Shown piece after piece: positions 34,887-46,552 of a stretch of DNA of 64,000 nucleotides. The notes under the pieces were generated by a model. It was not told the origin of the DNA. It searched no databases and worked only from the letters and a program-made list of their open reading frames with translations. The first letter of the stretch is position 1, and the number at the start of each line of letters is the position of its first letter. A program made the translations under genes and the position numbers. The DNA is from an uncultured Ruminococcus sp. (lineage in GTDB: Bacteria; Bacillota; Clostridia; Oscillospirales; CAG-272): positions 183 through 64,182 of the forward strand of contig CAYSEF010000005.1 in assembly GCA_964430105.1 (NCBI GenBank), in the 5' to 3' direction.

Positions 34887-36686
34887 TTACGCTTTTCCGC
34901 TTAGTCTTGCGAATCTTGCAATGATTTCAGCCGCATCAGCTCTTGACGATGCTTCTCTCGGGAAAAGCAGTCCGACATTATCTATCAATTTATTGTCAAC
35001 GCAATACGCTACGCTGTCAACTGCCCATGCTGAAATATATGCACGATCTTCAAACAACACAAATGTATCAGAAGAATCGCCATCACCGTAATTTTGACTT
35101 TTTCCAAGCTGAGCAACTATTTTTATCATTTGTTCATGCGTTATCTCACCAAGAGGATCAAAGCGATTTGCACCAACACCGTTGACCAGCCCTTCCTCAG
35201 CTGCCCATTCTACATACGGAGTATACCACTGTCCCTCGTCTACATCATCAAACATAACTTCTGTATAATTTTCGCTCTTCACATTACACAAACGTCCCAA
35301 AACCGTTACGAACATTGCTCTTGTAAGAGGTGCGTTTGGTGCAAATTTGGTTGAAGACACGCCGTTGAACAATCCTTTATCATATACAAATCTGACCGAT
35401 GTATAATAGCTTGACAAACGTGATACGTCATTAAACGGAAATACTCTGCTGAGGTTATCGAAAGTGAAATCAGTTATCGCAAATGTGTCGATCCTACGTT
35501 TATCACTGTCCTGCGTAAGATCCGGTGCATCTGCAATCAAATATTCGAGAGTATTTTTGTAAACTCGTGAGCCAAATATTCGTTCACCTTGCTCAGATGT
35601 AAGATAAGTGTTCATGTTACCTGTTCTCGGAGAATAAATAATGACTTCAAACGGAGTATTTATCAGTATATGCTCAAGCATTTGCGAAACACCTGAAAAA
35701 ATCCCTACCCAATATCTCTCTTTTTCACCTTCAACATACCATTTATCATCAAAAATAAACACATTTGACCTATATCCACCTGATATATCAGATACAGCCA
35801 ACGTATTTTTTACGCTGTCTATGTAGTACCAAGAACCATTCACATACACCATTCTCGATGACACATTACTCCATATAGTATCGGTATATGTTGAAGATGA
35901 GCACTTTATCGAGCTTTCCCAACCATAGTGAGGTTCACCGGTCTTTGTAATCATTCTATCGTCAAGCAAAAAATTCTCGTGCATGACACGTCCCATTCTA
36001 TCCGGAGAAGGGTCATCGTAAACCAGATCAACATGGTACCAATTTCCATTTATCTCAACAAGATTCCATGCATGGTTCATTTCCTCTGACGTGACCATAA
36101 CAGCGTTTATGCCAAGCTCACGCAATACTGCGATATATGCAAGAGAATACGCCTGACAAACACCCTTACGCTCTGTAAATAGCGAATACGCATCAAAAAA
36201 ACGTCCATCGTTATCATACTCAAACGCATCTATCATATAGTCATGTACCCACAGTGCTTTTTCAACCTCTGACATTTTTGAGTCTACCAGTGAAACTATA
36301 TATGCAAGCTCATTTTCATAGTTTATCTTAGCATTTTCCAGCTGTTCACCGCTCAATTTATAGTTAAAGCGCACTTCAGTAACGATTTTTGTAAATGCTT
36401 CATCTCGATAGTAATATGTTATTTTGTTTTCAAGATAGAAAAATTCAGGCACTGACGTTAGAATATCACTGAAAATATTCAAAATATCATCTGTTCTGAT
36501 ACCATATTCAAGCATTTCGACACTGTCGTCGCCCCTTGCGATAGCTTCATACATGGCATTGAACGCTTCGTCGTAGTGACTTATCGAATCACGATACGGA
36601 GATGCTGTATATGTTATCGCAGACACTGATGTTGCCATCATAACTGCAATTACAACGGTTAGTATTATCAAATATATTTTTTTCAT
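34887..36686 (-). CDS. secreted transglutaminase-like cysteine protease-fold protein with three C-terminal SLH repeats
   Basis: Signal peptide. Cys-His-Asp core (GVCQAYS...NHAWNLV...YHVD). Three SLH-like repeats (FNDVS..., FDDVDEGQWYTPYVEWA..., FEDRAYISAWA...). Confidence 0.75.
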   Translation of the reverse strand: MKKIYLIILTVVIAVMMATSVSAITYTASPYRDSISHYDEAFNAMYEAIARGDDSVEMLEYGIRTDDILNIFSDILTSVPEFFYLENKITYYYRDEAFTKIVTEVRFNYKLSGEQLENAKINYENELAYIVSLVDSKMSEVEKALWVHDYMIDAFEYDNDGRFFDAYSLFTERKGVCQAYSLAYIAVLRELGINAVMVTSEEMNHAWNLVEINGNWYHVDLVYDDPSPDRMGRVMHENFLLDDRMITKTGEPHYGWESSIKCSSSTYTDTIWSNVSSRMVYVNGSWYYIDSVKNTLAVSDISGGYRSNVFIFDDKWYVEGEKERYWVGIFSGVSQMLEHILINTPFEVIIYSPRTGNMNTYLTSEQGERIFGSRVYKNTLEYLIADAPDLTQDSDKRRIDTFAITDFTFDNLSRVFPFNDVSRLSSYYTSVRFVYDKGLFNGVSSTKFAPNAPLTRAMFVTVLGRLCNVKSENYTEVMFDDVDEGQWYTPYVEWAAEEGLVNGVGANRFDPLGEITHEQMIKIVAQLGKSQNYGDGDSSDTFVLFEDRAYISAWAVDSVAYCVDNKLIDNVGLLFPREASSRADAAEIIARFARLSGKA

Positions 36687-36862
36687 CAATTTAATTATAA
36701 TTCACAGCAGTTGAGCTGATACATTTATTTTAGTACGACATTTTCACTTTAATACGCGAAAGTAGTGAATTATATATGGATTTTATATTTATCAAATTTG
36801 AATAAACGGATAAAAAAGTCGAATAGCCGAACATAAAAGCTCGGCTAAGGTTATATTTTTTA

Positions 36863-37657
36863 TTAGATAAATTTATCTATCAGCGAGTGCATATCCTTCA
36901 TAAGCTGTTCAAGTCCGACTGTACTTCCACATTCAAATGCAAGCCAACCATTATAGCCTGTTTCCTGAATTGCGCTGAAAATATTGCTGTAATTCAGCTC
37001 TCCTGTGCCAGGCTGCTTTCTTCCCGGATTATCGGCAATATGGAAATGTCCGATAAGATCGATATTTTCCTTAATATTGCGAATAACATTACCCTCTGTT
37101 ATCTGCTGATGATAGATATCAAACAATATTTTACAATTCGGACTGTCAACTGCCTTTATGATTTTTGCGGCATCCTCTGTTGTTCTGAGGAAATGGCCCT
37201 TATGGTCAACAAGAACATTGAGTGGTTCAACAACTATCATTACACCCTCGTTCTCTGCGATATTTGAAAGCTCCTTCAGCGTTCCTATACAGATATCGAA
37301 CTGTTTTTCTCTTGAAATATCAGCTCTTTCATTTCCTGTTGTTGCGATAATATTTGGAACTCCAAGAGCCTTTGCGGCCGCTACAGCTTCTCTGAATGAT
37401 TCAACGAACGCTTTTCGTGAGTCTTCCCAAACCATTCCGTGTCCCCAGGATATGAGCTTCTTATTTTCATCATTTGATGATTCAATAACGATAGCTGTAG
37501 AGGTAACTCCATACTCATCGAGTGTTGCTTTTGCTTTATCAAAATCGAGTCCGAGGAAACCGAGCTGTTCAACACCTTTGAAACCGTTCTTTGCGCCGGC
37601 TATATTTCTCTCGTACCAATCACCTGCGAACCATCCGCCTGCTGCCGAAAATTTCAT
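36863..37657 (-). CDS. TIM-barrel sugar phosphate isomerase/epimerase (hydroxypyruvate isomerase-like)
   Basis: 264 aa with VVEPLN and HFHIADNPGR motifs. The terminator TAGCCGA/TCGGCTA lies downstream at about 36826-36856. Confidence 0.65.
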   Translation of the reverse strand: MKFSAAGGWFAGDWYERNIAGAKNGFKGVEQLGFLGLDFDKAKATLDEYGVTSTAIVIESSNDENKKLISWGHGMVWEDSRKAFVESFREAVAAAKALGVPNIIATTGNERADISREKQFDICIGTLKELSNIAENEGVMIVVEPLNVLVDHKGHFLRTTEDAAKIIKAVDSPNCKILFDIYHQQITEGNVIRNIKENIDLIGHFHIADNPGRKQPGTGELNYSNIFSAIQETGYNGWLAFECGSTVGLEQLMKDMHSLIDKFI

Positions 37658-37785
37658 ATATATTGCCTGCCTTTCATAAAATAGTCCATATATCTATCGT
37701 AATTTTACAGTAAAACAGTGTGTTTGTCAAGGCGATTTTGTGAAAAATATCCTCTTTATTTATATCTATAAAATACTTTTTTCAC

Positions 37786-37814
37786 TTGAAAAAGCTTGCC
37801 GTCCGTGGTATAAT
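37786..37814 (+). promoter_or_regulatory. promoter P1 upstream of the tilS-ftsH cluster
   Basis: TTGAAA-17 nt-TATAAT with TG at the extended -10 position. Confidence 0.55.
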
Positions 37815-37846
37815 ATAATGATATGTTTTTTGCCTTTCATTACCGA

Positions 37847-37875
37847 TTGACATTTGTACCTTTGTGAAGTATAAT
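37847..37875 (+). promoter_or_regulatory. promoter P2 (consensus) upstream of the tilS-ftsH cluster
   Basis: TTGACA-17 nt-TATAAT, exact consensus hexamers. Confidence 0.6.
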
Positions 37876-37906
37876 TTTTTTATACCACCGAAAGGCAGAA
37901 CAAATA

Positions 37907-38149
37907 ATGTCCGATAAAAAATTTGCTTATTTTTTCAGGCAAGTCTCACAGGGAGTTTTGACGCTCCTACTCGGCGTGAGCATTGCACTGTTTTATAAAA
38001 TTTCTAATATAACAGCGTCAGAAGCACTACATACATATCATTCATTTCCATATATGCTTGAGCATATTCTTGTCGGATTAGTGCTTTATCTCGCATTTTC
38101 TCTCATCATCATAAAAATTCACCTATCAAAATTGCATGATAGAAGTTAA
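37907..38149 (+). CDS. small membrane protein, unknown function
   Basis: 80 aa with two hydrophobic helices. First gene after the tandem promoters. Confidence 0.4.
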   Translation: MSDKKFAYFFRQVSQGVLTLLLGVSIALFYKISNITASEALHTYHSFPYMLEHILVGLVLYLAFSLIIIKIHLSKLHDRS

Positions 38150-38177
38150 TCCTGCAAAAAATAAACGGAGACTGAAT

Positions 38178-39617
38178 ATGACCGAACTCATAGAAACCTT
38201 CGTAGAAACGACAGAAAAATACCGCAAGCTTCTCTTAGAGCGTGGCTGTGTTATCGTCGGATATTCCGGTGGTGCAGATTCGTCATGTCTGCTCCGTTTG
38301 ATGTACGATTTTTGCCAAAAGTACAGCATACGTTTGATCGCCGCTCATGTTAATCACGGAATACGCGGAGATGAAGCTGACGCTGACGAGAATTTCTGCA
38401 GAAACGTCTGCGATTCACTTGGGGTAGAATTCAGATCAATTAAAATCGATGTTCCTGCTCTGGCTGAAAGTGAAAAAATCGGTTTAGAAGATGCCGCACG
38501 TCGTGTAAGATATGCCTTTTTCGATAAAATTTCGGAGGAAGCAACCGGTTCAGCGTATAATGCAATTATTTGCACCGCACATAACGCAGACGACAATCTT
38601 GAAACTGTAATTTTCAATCTCCTTCGAGGTAGCGGGCTTCACGGTCTTGGCGGGATCGATCCTTTGCGTGACGGACGCTATTTCAGACCTTTACTTTATG
38701 TAAGCGGTACAGATATACGAAATTGGTGTAACGAAAACGGTGTTGAATATCGCATAGATTCGACAAACTCAGATACAAACTACACCAGAAATCACATCAG
38801 ACACAATATTGTACCTGAACTTGCGAAAATCTGCGATGACCCTACTGCATCTATATCACGAATGACTGCACTTGTGCGCACTGATGACGACTATATATCA
38901 AACATAGCAGAGCAACAAATACAAAGTGGGGACACTTCTATTTCGCTGAAAAAGCTTAATTCACTGCATACTGCGATATCTTCACGAGTTCTGCGTAAGC
39001 TATATGATAATGCTAAGGATTCAACTGCAACTATCGAAGAAAAACATATTCGTGAAATACTGCGACTTATCGGTGAGAACAAAACATCAGCAGAGCTGTC
39101 ACTTCCCGGAAAAATGCGTTACAAGCAGGACAGATATAATGCGTGGTTTGAATTTGATGAAGTGCGTCGTGGAATCACCAAGACGGAGAAAATCAAGTCA
39201 ACAAAAGCTTTGTTCAGCTATCCTTTAGATGGTGATTTTTTTCACAATGATCTGTATTCGATACATTTTTCACACACAAAACACAATCATCACATCACAA
39301 ACTATAATATAGATGAAAATATTTACAAATTATCAATACTCACGACGTTGAGATTTGATAAAATAAAGGGTGTACTGCGGATAAGGTATAAAAATAATGG
39401 GGATGTTTGCTTCTATAGCGGACACACTCATAAATTAAAGCGAATGTTCAGCGATAAAAAGCTGACTGAGCGTGAAAAAGAGCTTTATCCGATACTTTAC
39501 GATGATGACGGCGTGATCTGGGTTCCGGGCTATCCTCCGCGTGACGGGATGGATTTTTCCGAAAACGGTAACGCACTGTACATCACCTTTTCGACAAACG
39601 AAAGTATATTAAAGTAA
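38178..39617 (+). CDS. tilS: tRNA(Ile)-lysidine synthetase
   Basis: PP-loop [13 protein letters not shown] and the HVNHGIRG motif. ATG 38178 follows GGAGA. Confidence 0.88.
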   Translation: MTELIETFVETTEKYRKLLLERGCVIVGYSGGADSSCLLRLMYDFCQKYSIRLIAAHVNHGIRGDEADADENFCRNVCDSLGVEFRSIKIDVPALAESEKIGLEDAARRVRYAFFDKISEEATGSAYNAIICTAHNADDNLETVIFNLLRGSGLHGLGGIDPLRDGRYFRPLLYVSGTDIRNWCNENGVEYRIDSTNSDTNYTRNHIRHNIVPELAKICDDPTASISRMTALVRTDDDYISNIAEQQIQSGDTSISLKKLNSLHTAISSRVLRKLYDNAKDSTATIEEKHIREILRLIGENKTSAELSLPGKMRYKQDRYNAWFEFDEVRRGITKTEKIKSTKALFSYPLDGDFFHNDLYSIHFSHTKHNHHITNYNIDENIYKLSILTTLRFDKIKGVLRIRYKNNGDVCFYSGHTHKLKRMFSDKKLTEREKELYPILYDDDGVIWVPGYPPRDGMDFSENGNALYITFSTNESILK

Positions 39618-39714
39618 ATTTAAGCATTATTGCAGCACAACAACGAAGCATTTAAGCTTTATTGGCTACATCTGCTTTTTTTACTACTTACTACCATATC
39701 TTTTGGAGGAAATA

Positions 39715-41865
39715 ATGAAGAACGGTTTTAAAATAGCGATTTTCTATATCGTTCTCATAGGCATCATCCTGATCGCAACGGCTTCTCTTTGGGATTCTCT
39801 CCCTCAGGAAACTCTCGTTTACAGCGACATTGTTGACCTTTTCAAAAATGAAGATGTCAAGCAGTTTGAAGTCGATGAGGAAAACAACCTTACAATGATC
39901 GTCAGAGTCACGCTACAAGACGGCACTGAAGGCGAAACGCTGGTAACATATCAGCTACGAAGTCTTGATCTGTTTATAAGCGACCTTGGCGAGCTTATCG
40001 AAGCACAGCACTCAAGCGGAATCATCACGGCATACGATTATCCACCGCCGTACAATATACCATGGTGGGTATCGCTTATACCTTATGTTGTCGTGATAGT
40101 TCTTCTTATCGCTATGTGGATGTTCGTAATGAATCAGGCTACAGGCGGTAAGGGTTCAAAAATCAACTCTGTAGGACGTTCAAAAGCAAAACTCGTCACA
40201 GCCGACAAAGCAAAGGTTTTCTTCAAGGATGTTGCCGGAGCTGACGAAGAAAAGGCTGAACTCGAAGAAATCGTAGAATTCCTGCGTAACCCGGAATATT
40301 TCACTAAGCTTGGTGCAAAAATTCCTCACGGTGTTCTTCTTGTAGGCCCTCCCGGAACAGGTAAAACACTCATTGCTAAAGCTGTTGCAGGCGAAGCAGG
40401 TGTTCCTTTCTACTCTATCTCCGGTTCCGATTTCGTCGAAATGTACGTCGGTGTCGGTGCCTCGAGAGTTCGTGACCTTTTTGATACCGCAAAGAAAAAT
40501 CCCGCTGCTATCATTTTCATAGACGAAATTGATGCTGTAGGTCGTCACAGAGGTGCAGGTCTTGGCGGTGGACACGATGAACGTGAACAGACACTTAACC
40601 AGATCCTCGTTGAAATGGATGGTTTCGGCTCATCTGACGGTATTATTGTTATGGCTGCAACAAACCGTCCCGATATTCTCGACCCCGCACTTCTCCGTCC
40701 GGGTAGATTCGACCGTCAAATCACAATGAACGCTCCCGATGTCAAGGGACGTGAAGATATTCTCAAGGTTCACGCAAAGAACAAACCCTTTGAGGCTGAT
40801 GTTGACCTTTCTGTGATTGCAAAAACCACAGTCGGATTTACAGGTGCAGAGCTTGCTAATCTTCTTAACGAAGCTGCACTTCTTGCGGCACGAAAAGGCA
40901 AGCACCTTATCGGCATGAACGATCTCGAAGAAGCTATGATCAAGGTTATCGTAGGTCCTGCAAAGAAATCCAGAGTTATCAGTGAAGCCGAAAAGAAGCT
41001 TACAGCATATCATGAAGCAGGTCATGCTATAACTACTTGGGTACGTCAGCCCGATGACCCTGTTCACCAGATATCTATAATCCCCAGCGGTCGTGCAGGT
41101 GGCTACACTCTATCATTCCCGAAGGAAGATAAGTCATATATGTCACGCAGTATGATGGAATCTGAGATTGTAACACTTCTCGGCGGTCGTGTGGCAGAAG
41201 CACTCATCCTTGGCGATATTTCAACAGGTGCATCCAACGATATTCAGCGTGCTTCCTCAATCGCCCGTCAGATGGTCACAAAATACGGTATGTCCGAAAA
41301 GCTCGGTCCTATTCTCTACGGCAGCGAATCCTCAAGCGATGAAGTATTCCTCGGTCGTGATTTTAATCAGACTAAAAACTATTCCGAAGAAACTGCATCT
41401 ATTATCGACAGCGAAGTTAAATCTATCGTTGAAAAAGCATACAGCGAAGCAATGGATATCCTTCGTGAAAACGTTGACAGATTGCATTTCGTTGCAGCTT
41501 ACCTCATGAAGAATGAGATTATGGAAGAAGAACAGTTTGTACGCGCAATGAGCGAACCCGATATCACCATCGAGGATCTCGAAGAAATGGTTGCTGAAAA
41601 GCGTCGTAAATCTCGTGAAGAAAATGAAGCTCATGCACGTCACGTTGCAGAACTTGAAAGACAGCGTGAAGAAGAACGTGCTCGTGAAGCAAAAAAAGAT
41701 GAAAACAGCTTCACACAGATCATGATGCCTGATTTTTCACCGATGAAGAATGAAGATTCGCACGACGATATGCCGGACGAAAATCCAAATTCAAGCGATT
41801 CCGTTGACGACGACGATACAAACGATACTAACGACACTAACGACACTAACGATAGCGAAAATTAA
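39715..41865 (+). CDS. ftsH: ATP-dependent zinc metalloprotease FtsH with acidic DTN-repeat tail
   Basis: Walker [21 protein letters not shown] 39715 follows GGAGGA. C-terminal ...[19 protein letters not shown]. Confidence 0.93.
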   Translation: MKNGFKIAIFYIVLIGIILIATASLWDSLPQETLVYSDIVDLFKNEDVKQFEVDEENNLTMIVRVTLQDGTEGETLVTYQLRSLDLFISDLGELIEAQHSSGIITAYDYPPPYNIPWWVSLIPYVVVIVLLIAMWMFVMNQATGGKGSKINSVGRSKAKLVTADKAKVFFKDVAGADEEKAELEEIVEFLRNPEYFTKLGAKIPHGVLLVGPPGTGKTLIAKAVAGEAGVPFYSISGSDFVEMYVGVGASRVRDLFDTAKKNPAAIIFIDEIDAVGRHRGAGLGGGHDEREQTLNQILVEMDGFGSSDGIIVMAATNRPDILDPALLRPGRFDRQITMNAPDVKGREDILKVHAKNKPFEADVDLSVIAKTTVGFTGAELANLLNEAALLAARKGKHLIGMNDLEEAMIKVIVGPAKKSRVISEAEKKLTAYHEAGHAITTWVRQPDDPVHQISIIPSGRAGGYTLSFPKEDKSYMSRSMMESEIVTLLGGRVAEALILGDISTGASNDIQRASSIARQMVTKYGMSEKLGPILYGSESSSDEVFLGRDFNQTKNYSEETASIIDSEVKSIVEKAYSEAMDILRENVDRLHFVAAYLMKNEIMEEEQFVRAMSEPDITIEDLEEMVAEKRRKSREENEAHARHVAELERQREEERAREAKKDENSFTQIMMPDFSPMKNEDSHDDMPDENPNSSDSVDDDDTNDTNDTNDTNDSEN

Positions 41866-41869
41866 ATCG

Positions 41870-41912
41870 AAAAAAGCATCATTCGACGTAAAAATCGAAC
41901 GATGCTTTTTTT
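41870..41912 (+). terminator. rho-independent terminator after ftsH
   Basis: AGCATCATTCGA...TCGAACGATGCT followed by TTTTTTT. Confidence 0.75.
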
Positions 41913-42014
41913 ATTACTCAAGCTTTCTTATAACTTTTTTAGAAAATTCATAACTCAGCGGAACTTTTTCCCATTTTTCGTCGTCTAATATACAAACCAA
42001 TTCGGAGGTGCAAC

Positions 42015-42224
42015 ATGAAAAAACTCATTTTAACCGCTGCACTGTCTCTGCTCCTCCTTGCAGGGTGCATGACTGCGGATGTCACAAGCGCCATAAACAA
42101 TATGCAGAACGAAACACAAGCCATTCTTGAAGAAACCAAAGCCCGAGCAGAAGAAACACTGAAAATCGACGAAAATCTACCGAATGAAATTTCTGCCGGC
42201 TGTAAATACGATTTTTGTAAGTGA
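42015..42224 (+). CDS. small lipoprotein, unknown function
   Basis: 69 aa with signal/lipobox LLLLAGC. GGAGG lies upstream. Confidence 0.5.
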   Translation: MKKLILTAALSLLLLAGCMTADVTSAINNMQNETQAILEETKARAEETLKIDENLPNEISAGCKYDFCK

Positions 42225-42242
42225 ATTTTACTGATTTAATAG

Positions 42243-42296
42243 AAAAAGGCTACCCGCACTAAGGAAGTAATTTCCAAAAATGCGAGTAGCCTTTTG
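42243..42296 (-). repeat. conserved-loop hairpin terminator element, copy 5 (minus orientation, after prmA)
   Basis: Minus strand reads GGCTACTCGC-ATTTTTGGAAATTACTTCCTTAG-TGCGGGTAGCC followed by a T-run. Confidence 0.75.
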
Positions 42297-42323
42297 TTTA
42301 ATTTTCAGCAAGCAAAGCTGTTT

Positions 42324-43259
42324 TTATTTTCTCTTTACCGCAGCAGCGTACCAGCCATTTTCGTATCTCTCGTCCTCAACCTTATATCCGGCTTTGTCAA
42401 GTGCCTCGAGAACTTCATTTGCCCTTTCAGCAATAATGCCTGAAACGATGAATACGCCATTTTCAGCCAAATATTCACCTACATCAGGAGCAAGACGGAT
42501 GATAATATCAGCAACGATATTGGCAACAACTACCTGATATCCGCCATCAACCTTCGGAGTCTGCTTCAGAAGATCGGAAACAGCACAAGTTACGTTCGGA
42601 GTATCATTAAGTTCTGTATTTTCTTTTGCAACACGAACCGCCACAGGGTCGATATCACAGGCAAAGCAATCACCTGCGCCAAGCTTTGCGGCAGCTATTG
42701 CAAGAATACCAGAGCCACATCCTACGTCGAGAACAGTACATCCGTCTGTCGTATAGGTTTCTACAAAGCCTGCACAAAGACGTGTTGTCTCATGTGTACC
42801 GGTACCAAATGCCATACCGGGATCCATAAGCACGACGATTTCTTCGTCTGAGGGTTCATATGTTTCCCAAACAGGAACAATAACGAGTTTTTTACCCGTT
42901 TTTATTGGCTTATAATACTGCTTCCAAGAATCTGCCCAGTCTTCTTCTCTCACGCCTTCGTGAACAAGTTCATATTCAATACCGATATCATCGAGTCTCT
43001 GCTTAATAAACAGTTCACTTTCAGCAGGAGATTTTATTGTAGGTATGAATACAGAAACCGCAGCTTTTGTTCTGTCAGCTTCAAGGATAGATTCATCAAT
43101 AAGGTCTCCATATACCCCGTCAAGGATTGTATCTACGTCAGAAAAATCCTCGATCATCAGTCCGTTGTCGACCATGGACATCACGCTCGATACCGTGTCG
43201 ACATCTCTTGAATTGCATTTTACCTTGATCTGTACCCAGCTCTTGTTATCGTCCATCAT
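42324..43259 (-). CDS. prmA: ribosomal protein L11 methyltransferase
   Basis: 311 aa with SAM motif DVGCGSGILAIAAAKLGA. Located downstream of dnaJ, as is usual. Confidence 0.88.
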   Translation of the reverse strand: MMDDNKSWVQIKVKCNSRDVDTVSSVMSMVDNGLMIEDFSDVDTILDGVYGDLIDESILEADRTKAAVSVFIPTIKSPAESELFIKQRLDDIGIEYELVHEGVREEDWADSWKQYYKPIKTGKKLVIVPVWETYEPSDEEIVVLMDPGMAFGTGTHETTRLCAGFVETYTTDGCTVLDVGCGSGILAIAAAKLGAGDCFACDIDPVAVRVAKENTELNDTPNVTCAVSDLLKQTPKVDGGYQVVVANIVADIIIRLAPDVGEYLAENGVFIVSGIIAERANEVLEALDKAGYKVEDERYENGWYAAAVKRK

Positions 43260-43330
43260 TACTCCGTTCCACTGCTTAATGCAGCTTATTTAACATTTCA
43301 ATTATTATAGCTTAATATTTTCGCAAACCG

Positions 43331-44467
43331 TCAGTCTTTCTTTCTGAACAGTTTAGAGAAGCTTGATCTCTTCTGATAATTCTTTTCACCACAGGATTCT
43401 GCAAATTTACGCAACAGTTCCTTCTGTTCGCCATTCAAATTCTTCGGTACTTCCACGTTAACGGTGATATACAAATTACCACGAATCTTTGAATTAACTC
43501 TTGTTACGCCTTTATTTCTCAGTGTAAATACAGTACCTGTCTGTGTACCTTCGGGAATTGTAAATTTCTGTGAACCTTCGAGTGTGGGGATATCGATTTC
43601 TGCACCCAATGTAGCTTCTGTATAGGTTATCGGCACTTCGCAGTAAAGATCATCACCGTCACGCTCAAATACAGAATGAGGACGAACACTGATTATAATA
43701 TTAAGGTCGCCCGCCATACCGCCATTCATGCCGTCAGAGCCCTGATATCTAAGTCCGATCTGCTGACCATCATCGATACCTGCGGGAATATTAACTTCGA
43801 GCTTTTTGGAAACACGAACAAATCCCGTACCCTTACAGTGATCACACTTCTTTTCGATCAGCTTACCTGTACCACGACACGCATCACAAGCCTTCGAGGT
43901 CTGCATTACGCCGAATGCTGTACGTTGCTGAACTCGAACCTGACCTGTACCTCTACAGGTAGGACAGGTTTTAGGCGATGTACCCTTTGCAGCACCTGAA
44001 CCTGAGCATTCTTCACATTGCTGAACTTTATTGTATGTGATTTCTTTTTTGCAGCCAAATACCGCTTCTTCAAATGTCAATGTAAGACGAACATTGATAT
44101 TATCGCCACGAATCGGGCCATTTCTTCTTGAAGCACCGGAGCTTCCTCCAAAGAATGACGAGAATATATCATTTATATCGAATCCGCCAAAATCACCGAA
44201 GCCACCAAAGCCTGAACCTCCCATACCTGACGAAGGATCAAATGCGGCATGACCGTACTGATCATATTTTTGACGCTTATCAGGGTCAGAAAGGACATCA
44301 TAAGCTTCATTGACTTCCTTAAAGTTTGCTTCTGCTTCTTTATCGCCGGGATTGAGGTCGGGGTGATACTTCTTAGCGAGTGATCTATACGCTTTTTTTA
44401 TCGCTGCGTCATCTGCGCCCTTCTCAACGCCCAGCACTTCATAATAATCTCTTTTTGTATCTGCCAT
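43331..44467 (-). CDS. dnaJ: molecular chaperone DnaJ
   Basis: J domain (DYYEVLGV...HPD), G/F region, four CxxCxGxG repeats. Start taken at ATG 44467. Confidence 0.93.
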   Translation of the reverse strand: MADTKRDYYEVLGVEKGADDAAIKKAYRSLAKKYHPDLNPGDKEAEANFKEVNEAYDVLSDPDKRQKYDQYGHAAFDPSSGMGGSGFGGFGDFGGFDINDIFSSFFGGSSGASRRNGPIRGDNINVRLTLTFEEAVFGCKKEITYNKVQQCEECSGSGAAKGTSPKTCPTCRGTGQVRVQQRTAFGVMQTSKACDACRGTGKLIEKKCDHCKGTGFVRVSKKLEVNIPAGIDDGQQIGLRYQGSDGMNGGMAGDLNIIISVRPHSVFERDGDDLYCEVPITYTEATLGAEIDIPTLEGSQKFTIPEGTQTGTVFTLRNKGVTRVNSKIRGNLYITVNVEVPKNLNGEQKELLRKFAESCGEKNYQKRSSFSKLFRKKD

Positions 44468-44644
44468 GGAATCAATCTCCAATAATCTCTAAGTATATGG
44501 GGATTTCCCCCTTCACCACGTATAGGGCAGAGAAAATCCCTGCCCTTGTGGTATATCAAAATTTTATTAAATCTGCACCTGTCATCGCTTGTATTCTTCG
44601 GAGCGATTCGATAGCACAAACAATCTAAGCGATACTATGCTTGC

Positions 44645-46486
44645 TTATTTGTCGCTCTTATCTTCAAAGTCAGCGGAATAGTAAGTGTTACCATTCTGAC
44701 CACCCATATCAGCACCGCCCATATCCGGACCAGCCTGACCGTTCTGCTGAGACTGAGCGTACATCTTTTCAGCGATCGGGTAGAATGCCTTTTCGAGAGC
44801 TTCTGTATCAGCCTTAATCGCTTCGAGATCTTCACCCTTAACTGTTTCCTTCAGCTTTTCGATAGCAGCACGTACAGGTTCCTTTTCGCTGTCAGATACC
44901 TTATCGCCCATATCGGAGAGAGACTTTTCGCTCTGATAAATTGTCTGTTCAGCACGGTTCTTGATTTCGATAGCTTCCTTCTGCTTCTTATCAGCTTCAG
45001 CAAACTTTTCTGCATCACGAACTGCCTTATCGATATCTTCCTGAGACATATTGGTAGAGGATGTGATAGTGATGTGCTGTTCCTTACCTGTGCCCTTATC
45101 AGTTGCATATACGTTTACGATACCGTTAGCGTCGATATCGAAGGTAACTTCGATCTGAGGAATACCTCTCGGAGCGGGAGTAATACCATCGAGGATGAAT
45201 CTACCAAGTGTAGTATTACCTGCAGCCATATCACGTTCACCCTGGAGAACATGAATTTCAACGGAAGTCTGACCATCAGCAGCGGTGGAGTAAACCTGAG
45301 ACTTCTTTACAGGAATTGTAGTGTTTCTATCGATAATTCTGTTGAACACACCACCAAGAGTTTCGATACCAAGGGACAGAGGAGTTACGTCAAGGAGGAG
45401 AAGGTCCTTAACATCGCCACCAAGAACGCCCGCCTGAATAGCAGCACCGATAGCAACGCATTCGTCAGGGTTGATACCCTTGAAAGGATCCTTACCAATG
45501 AATGACTTTACAGCATCCTGAACAGCAGGAATTCTTGTGGAACCACCTACGAGAAGAACCTTATCGATCTGAGAGATAGAAAGACCTGCATCAGCGAGAG
45601 CCTTCTTTGTGGGGATCATGCTACGTTCAACGAGGTCTGCAGTAAGTTCATTGAACTTTGCTCTTGTAAGAGTACCATCGAAGTGCTTAGGACCTGTAGC
45701 ATCAGCTGTGATAAAGGGAAGGTTGATGTTGGAAGAAGTAACGCCGGAAAGCTCGATCTTTGCCTTTTCAGCAGCTTCCTTGAGTCTCTGGAGAGCCATC
45801 TTATCTTTTCTGAGGTCGATACCGCTGTTTTCCTTCATAAATTCAGTAGCGATCCAATCGATGATTCTTTCGTCGAAGTCGTCACCACCGAGCTTTGTAT
45901 CGCCGTTAGTAGCGAGAACTTCAAACACGCCATCGGAAATTTCGAGAATGGAAACGTCGAATGTACCACCACCAAGGTCGAATACCATTACCTTCTGTTC
46001 GGTTGCATCCTTATCAACGCCATAAGCAAGAGCTGCTGCTGTAGGTTCGTTGATGATACGGAGAACTTCAAGACCGGCAATCTTACCTGCATCCTTAGTA
46101 GCCTGACGCTGAGCATCGGTGAAGTAAGCAGGAACAGTGATAACAGCCTGATTTACTGTTGTGCCAAGGTAAGCTTCTGCATCAGACTTGAGCTTCTGGA
46201 GAACCATAGCGGAAATTTCCTGAGGAGCATACTTCTTGTCATCGATAGCTACCTTATAGTCAGAACCCATATGACGCTTGATTGAAGCAACTGTTCTATC
46301 GGGGTTAGTGATAGCCTGACGCTTAGCAACCTGACCAACAAGTCTTTCACCTGTCTTAGAGAATGCTACAACAGAAGGAGTTGTTCTTGCGCCTTCCGGA
46401 TTAGGGATAACTGTAGGTTCGCCACCTTCAAATACAGCAACGCAAGAGTTTGTAGTACCTAAATCTATACCAATGATCTTAGCCAT
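44645..46486 (-). CDS. dnaK: molecular chaperone DnaK (Hsp70)
   Basis: 613 aa with [10 protein letters not shown] and DLGGGTFD motifs. Confidence 0.95.
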   Translation of the reverse strand: MAKIIGIDLGTTNSCVAVFEGGEPTVIPNPEGARTTPSVVAFSKTGERLVGQVAKRQAITNPDRTVASIKRHMGSDYKVAIDDKKYAPQEISAMVLQKLKSDAEAYLGTTVNQAVITVPAYFTDAQRQATKDAGKIAGLEVLRIINEPTAAALAYGVDKDATEQKVMVFDLGGGTFDVSILEISDGVFEVLATNGDTKLGGDDFDERIIDWIATEFMKENSGIDLRKDKMALQRLKEAAEKAKIELSGVTSSNINLPFITADATGPKHFDGTLTRAKFNELTADLVERSMIPTKKALADAGLSISQIDKVLLVGGSTRIPAVQDAVKSFIGKDPFKGINPDECVAIGAAIQAGVLGGDVKDLLLLDVTPLSLGIETLGGVFNRIIDRNTTIPVKKSQVYSTAADGQTSVEIHVLQGERDMAAGNTTLGRFILDGITPAPRGIPQIEVTFDIDANGIVNVYATDKGTGKEQHITITSSTNMSQEDIDKAVRDAEKFAEADKKQKEAIEIKNRAEQTIYQSEKSLSDMGDKVSDSEKEPVRAAIEKLKETVKGEDLEAIKADTEALEKAFYPIAEKMYAQSQQNGQAGPDMGGADMGGQNGNTYYSADFEDKSDK

Positions 46487-46552
46487 TTTTGTAATACCTC
46501 TATTTCTATTATTTATTGTTGTTTATTATTGTTAGTTTGTTATTTATTATTG

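Noticed and set aside
37158-37679. 173-aa plus-strand ORF
   Set aside because: It is antisense to the hydroxypyruvate-isomerase-like gene. The translation is Ser/Phe-rich, consistent with a shadow frame.
44483-44644. Hairpin AGGGCAG-N9-CTGCCCT in the dnaK-dnaJ spacer, considered as a small RNA or terminator
   Set aside because: No T-run follows it on the transcribed strand and no promoter is nearby. It is more likely an intra-operon stabilising or processing hairpin, and there is too little signal to call a feature.
45609-46285. 138-aa and 200-aa plus-strand ORFs
   Set aside because: They are antisense to dnaK. These are shadow frames of a highly expressed gene, with no start context.
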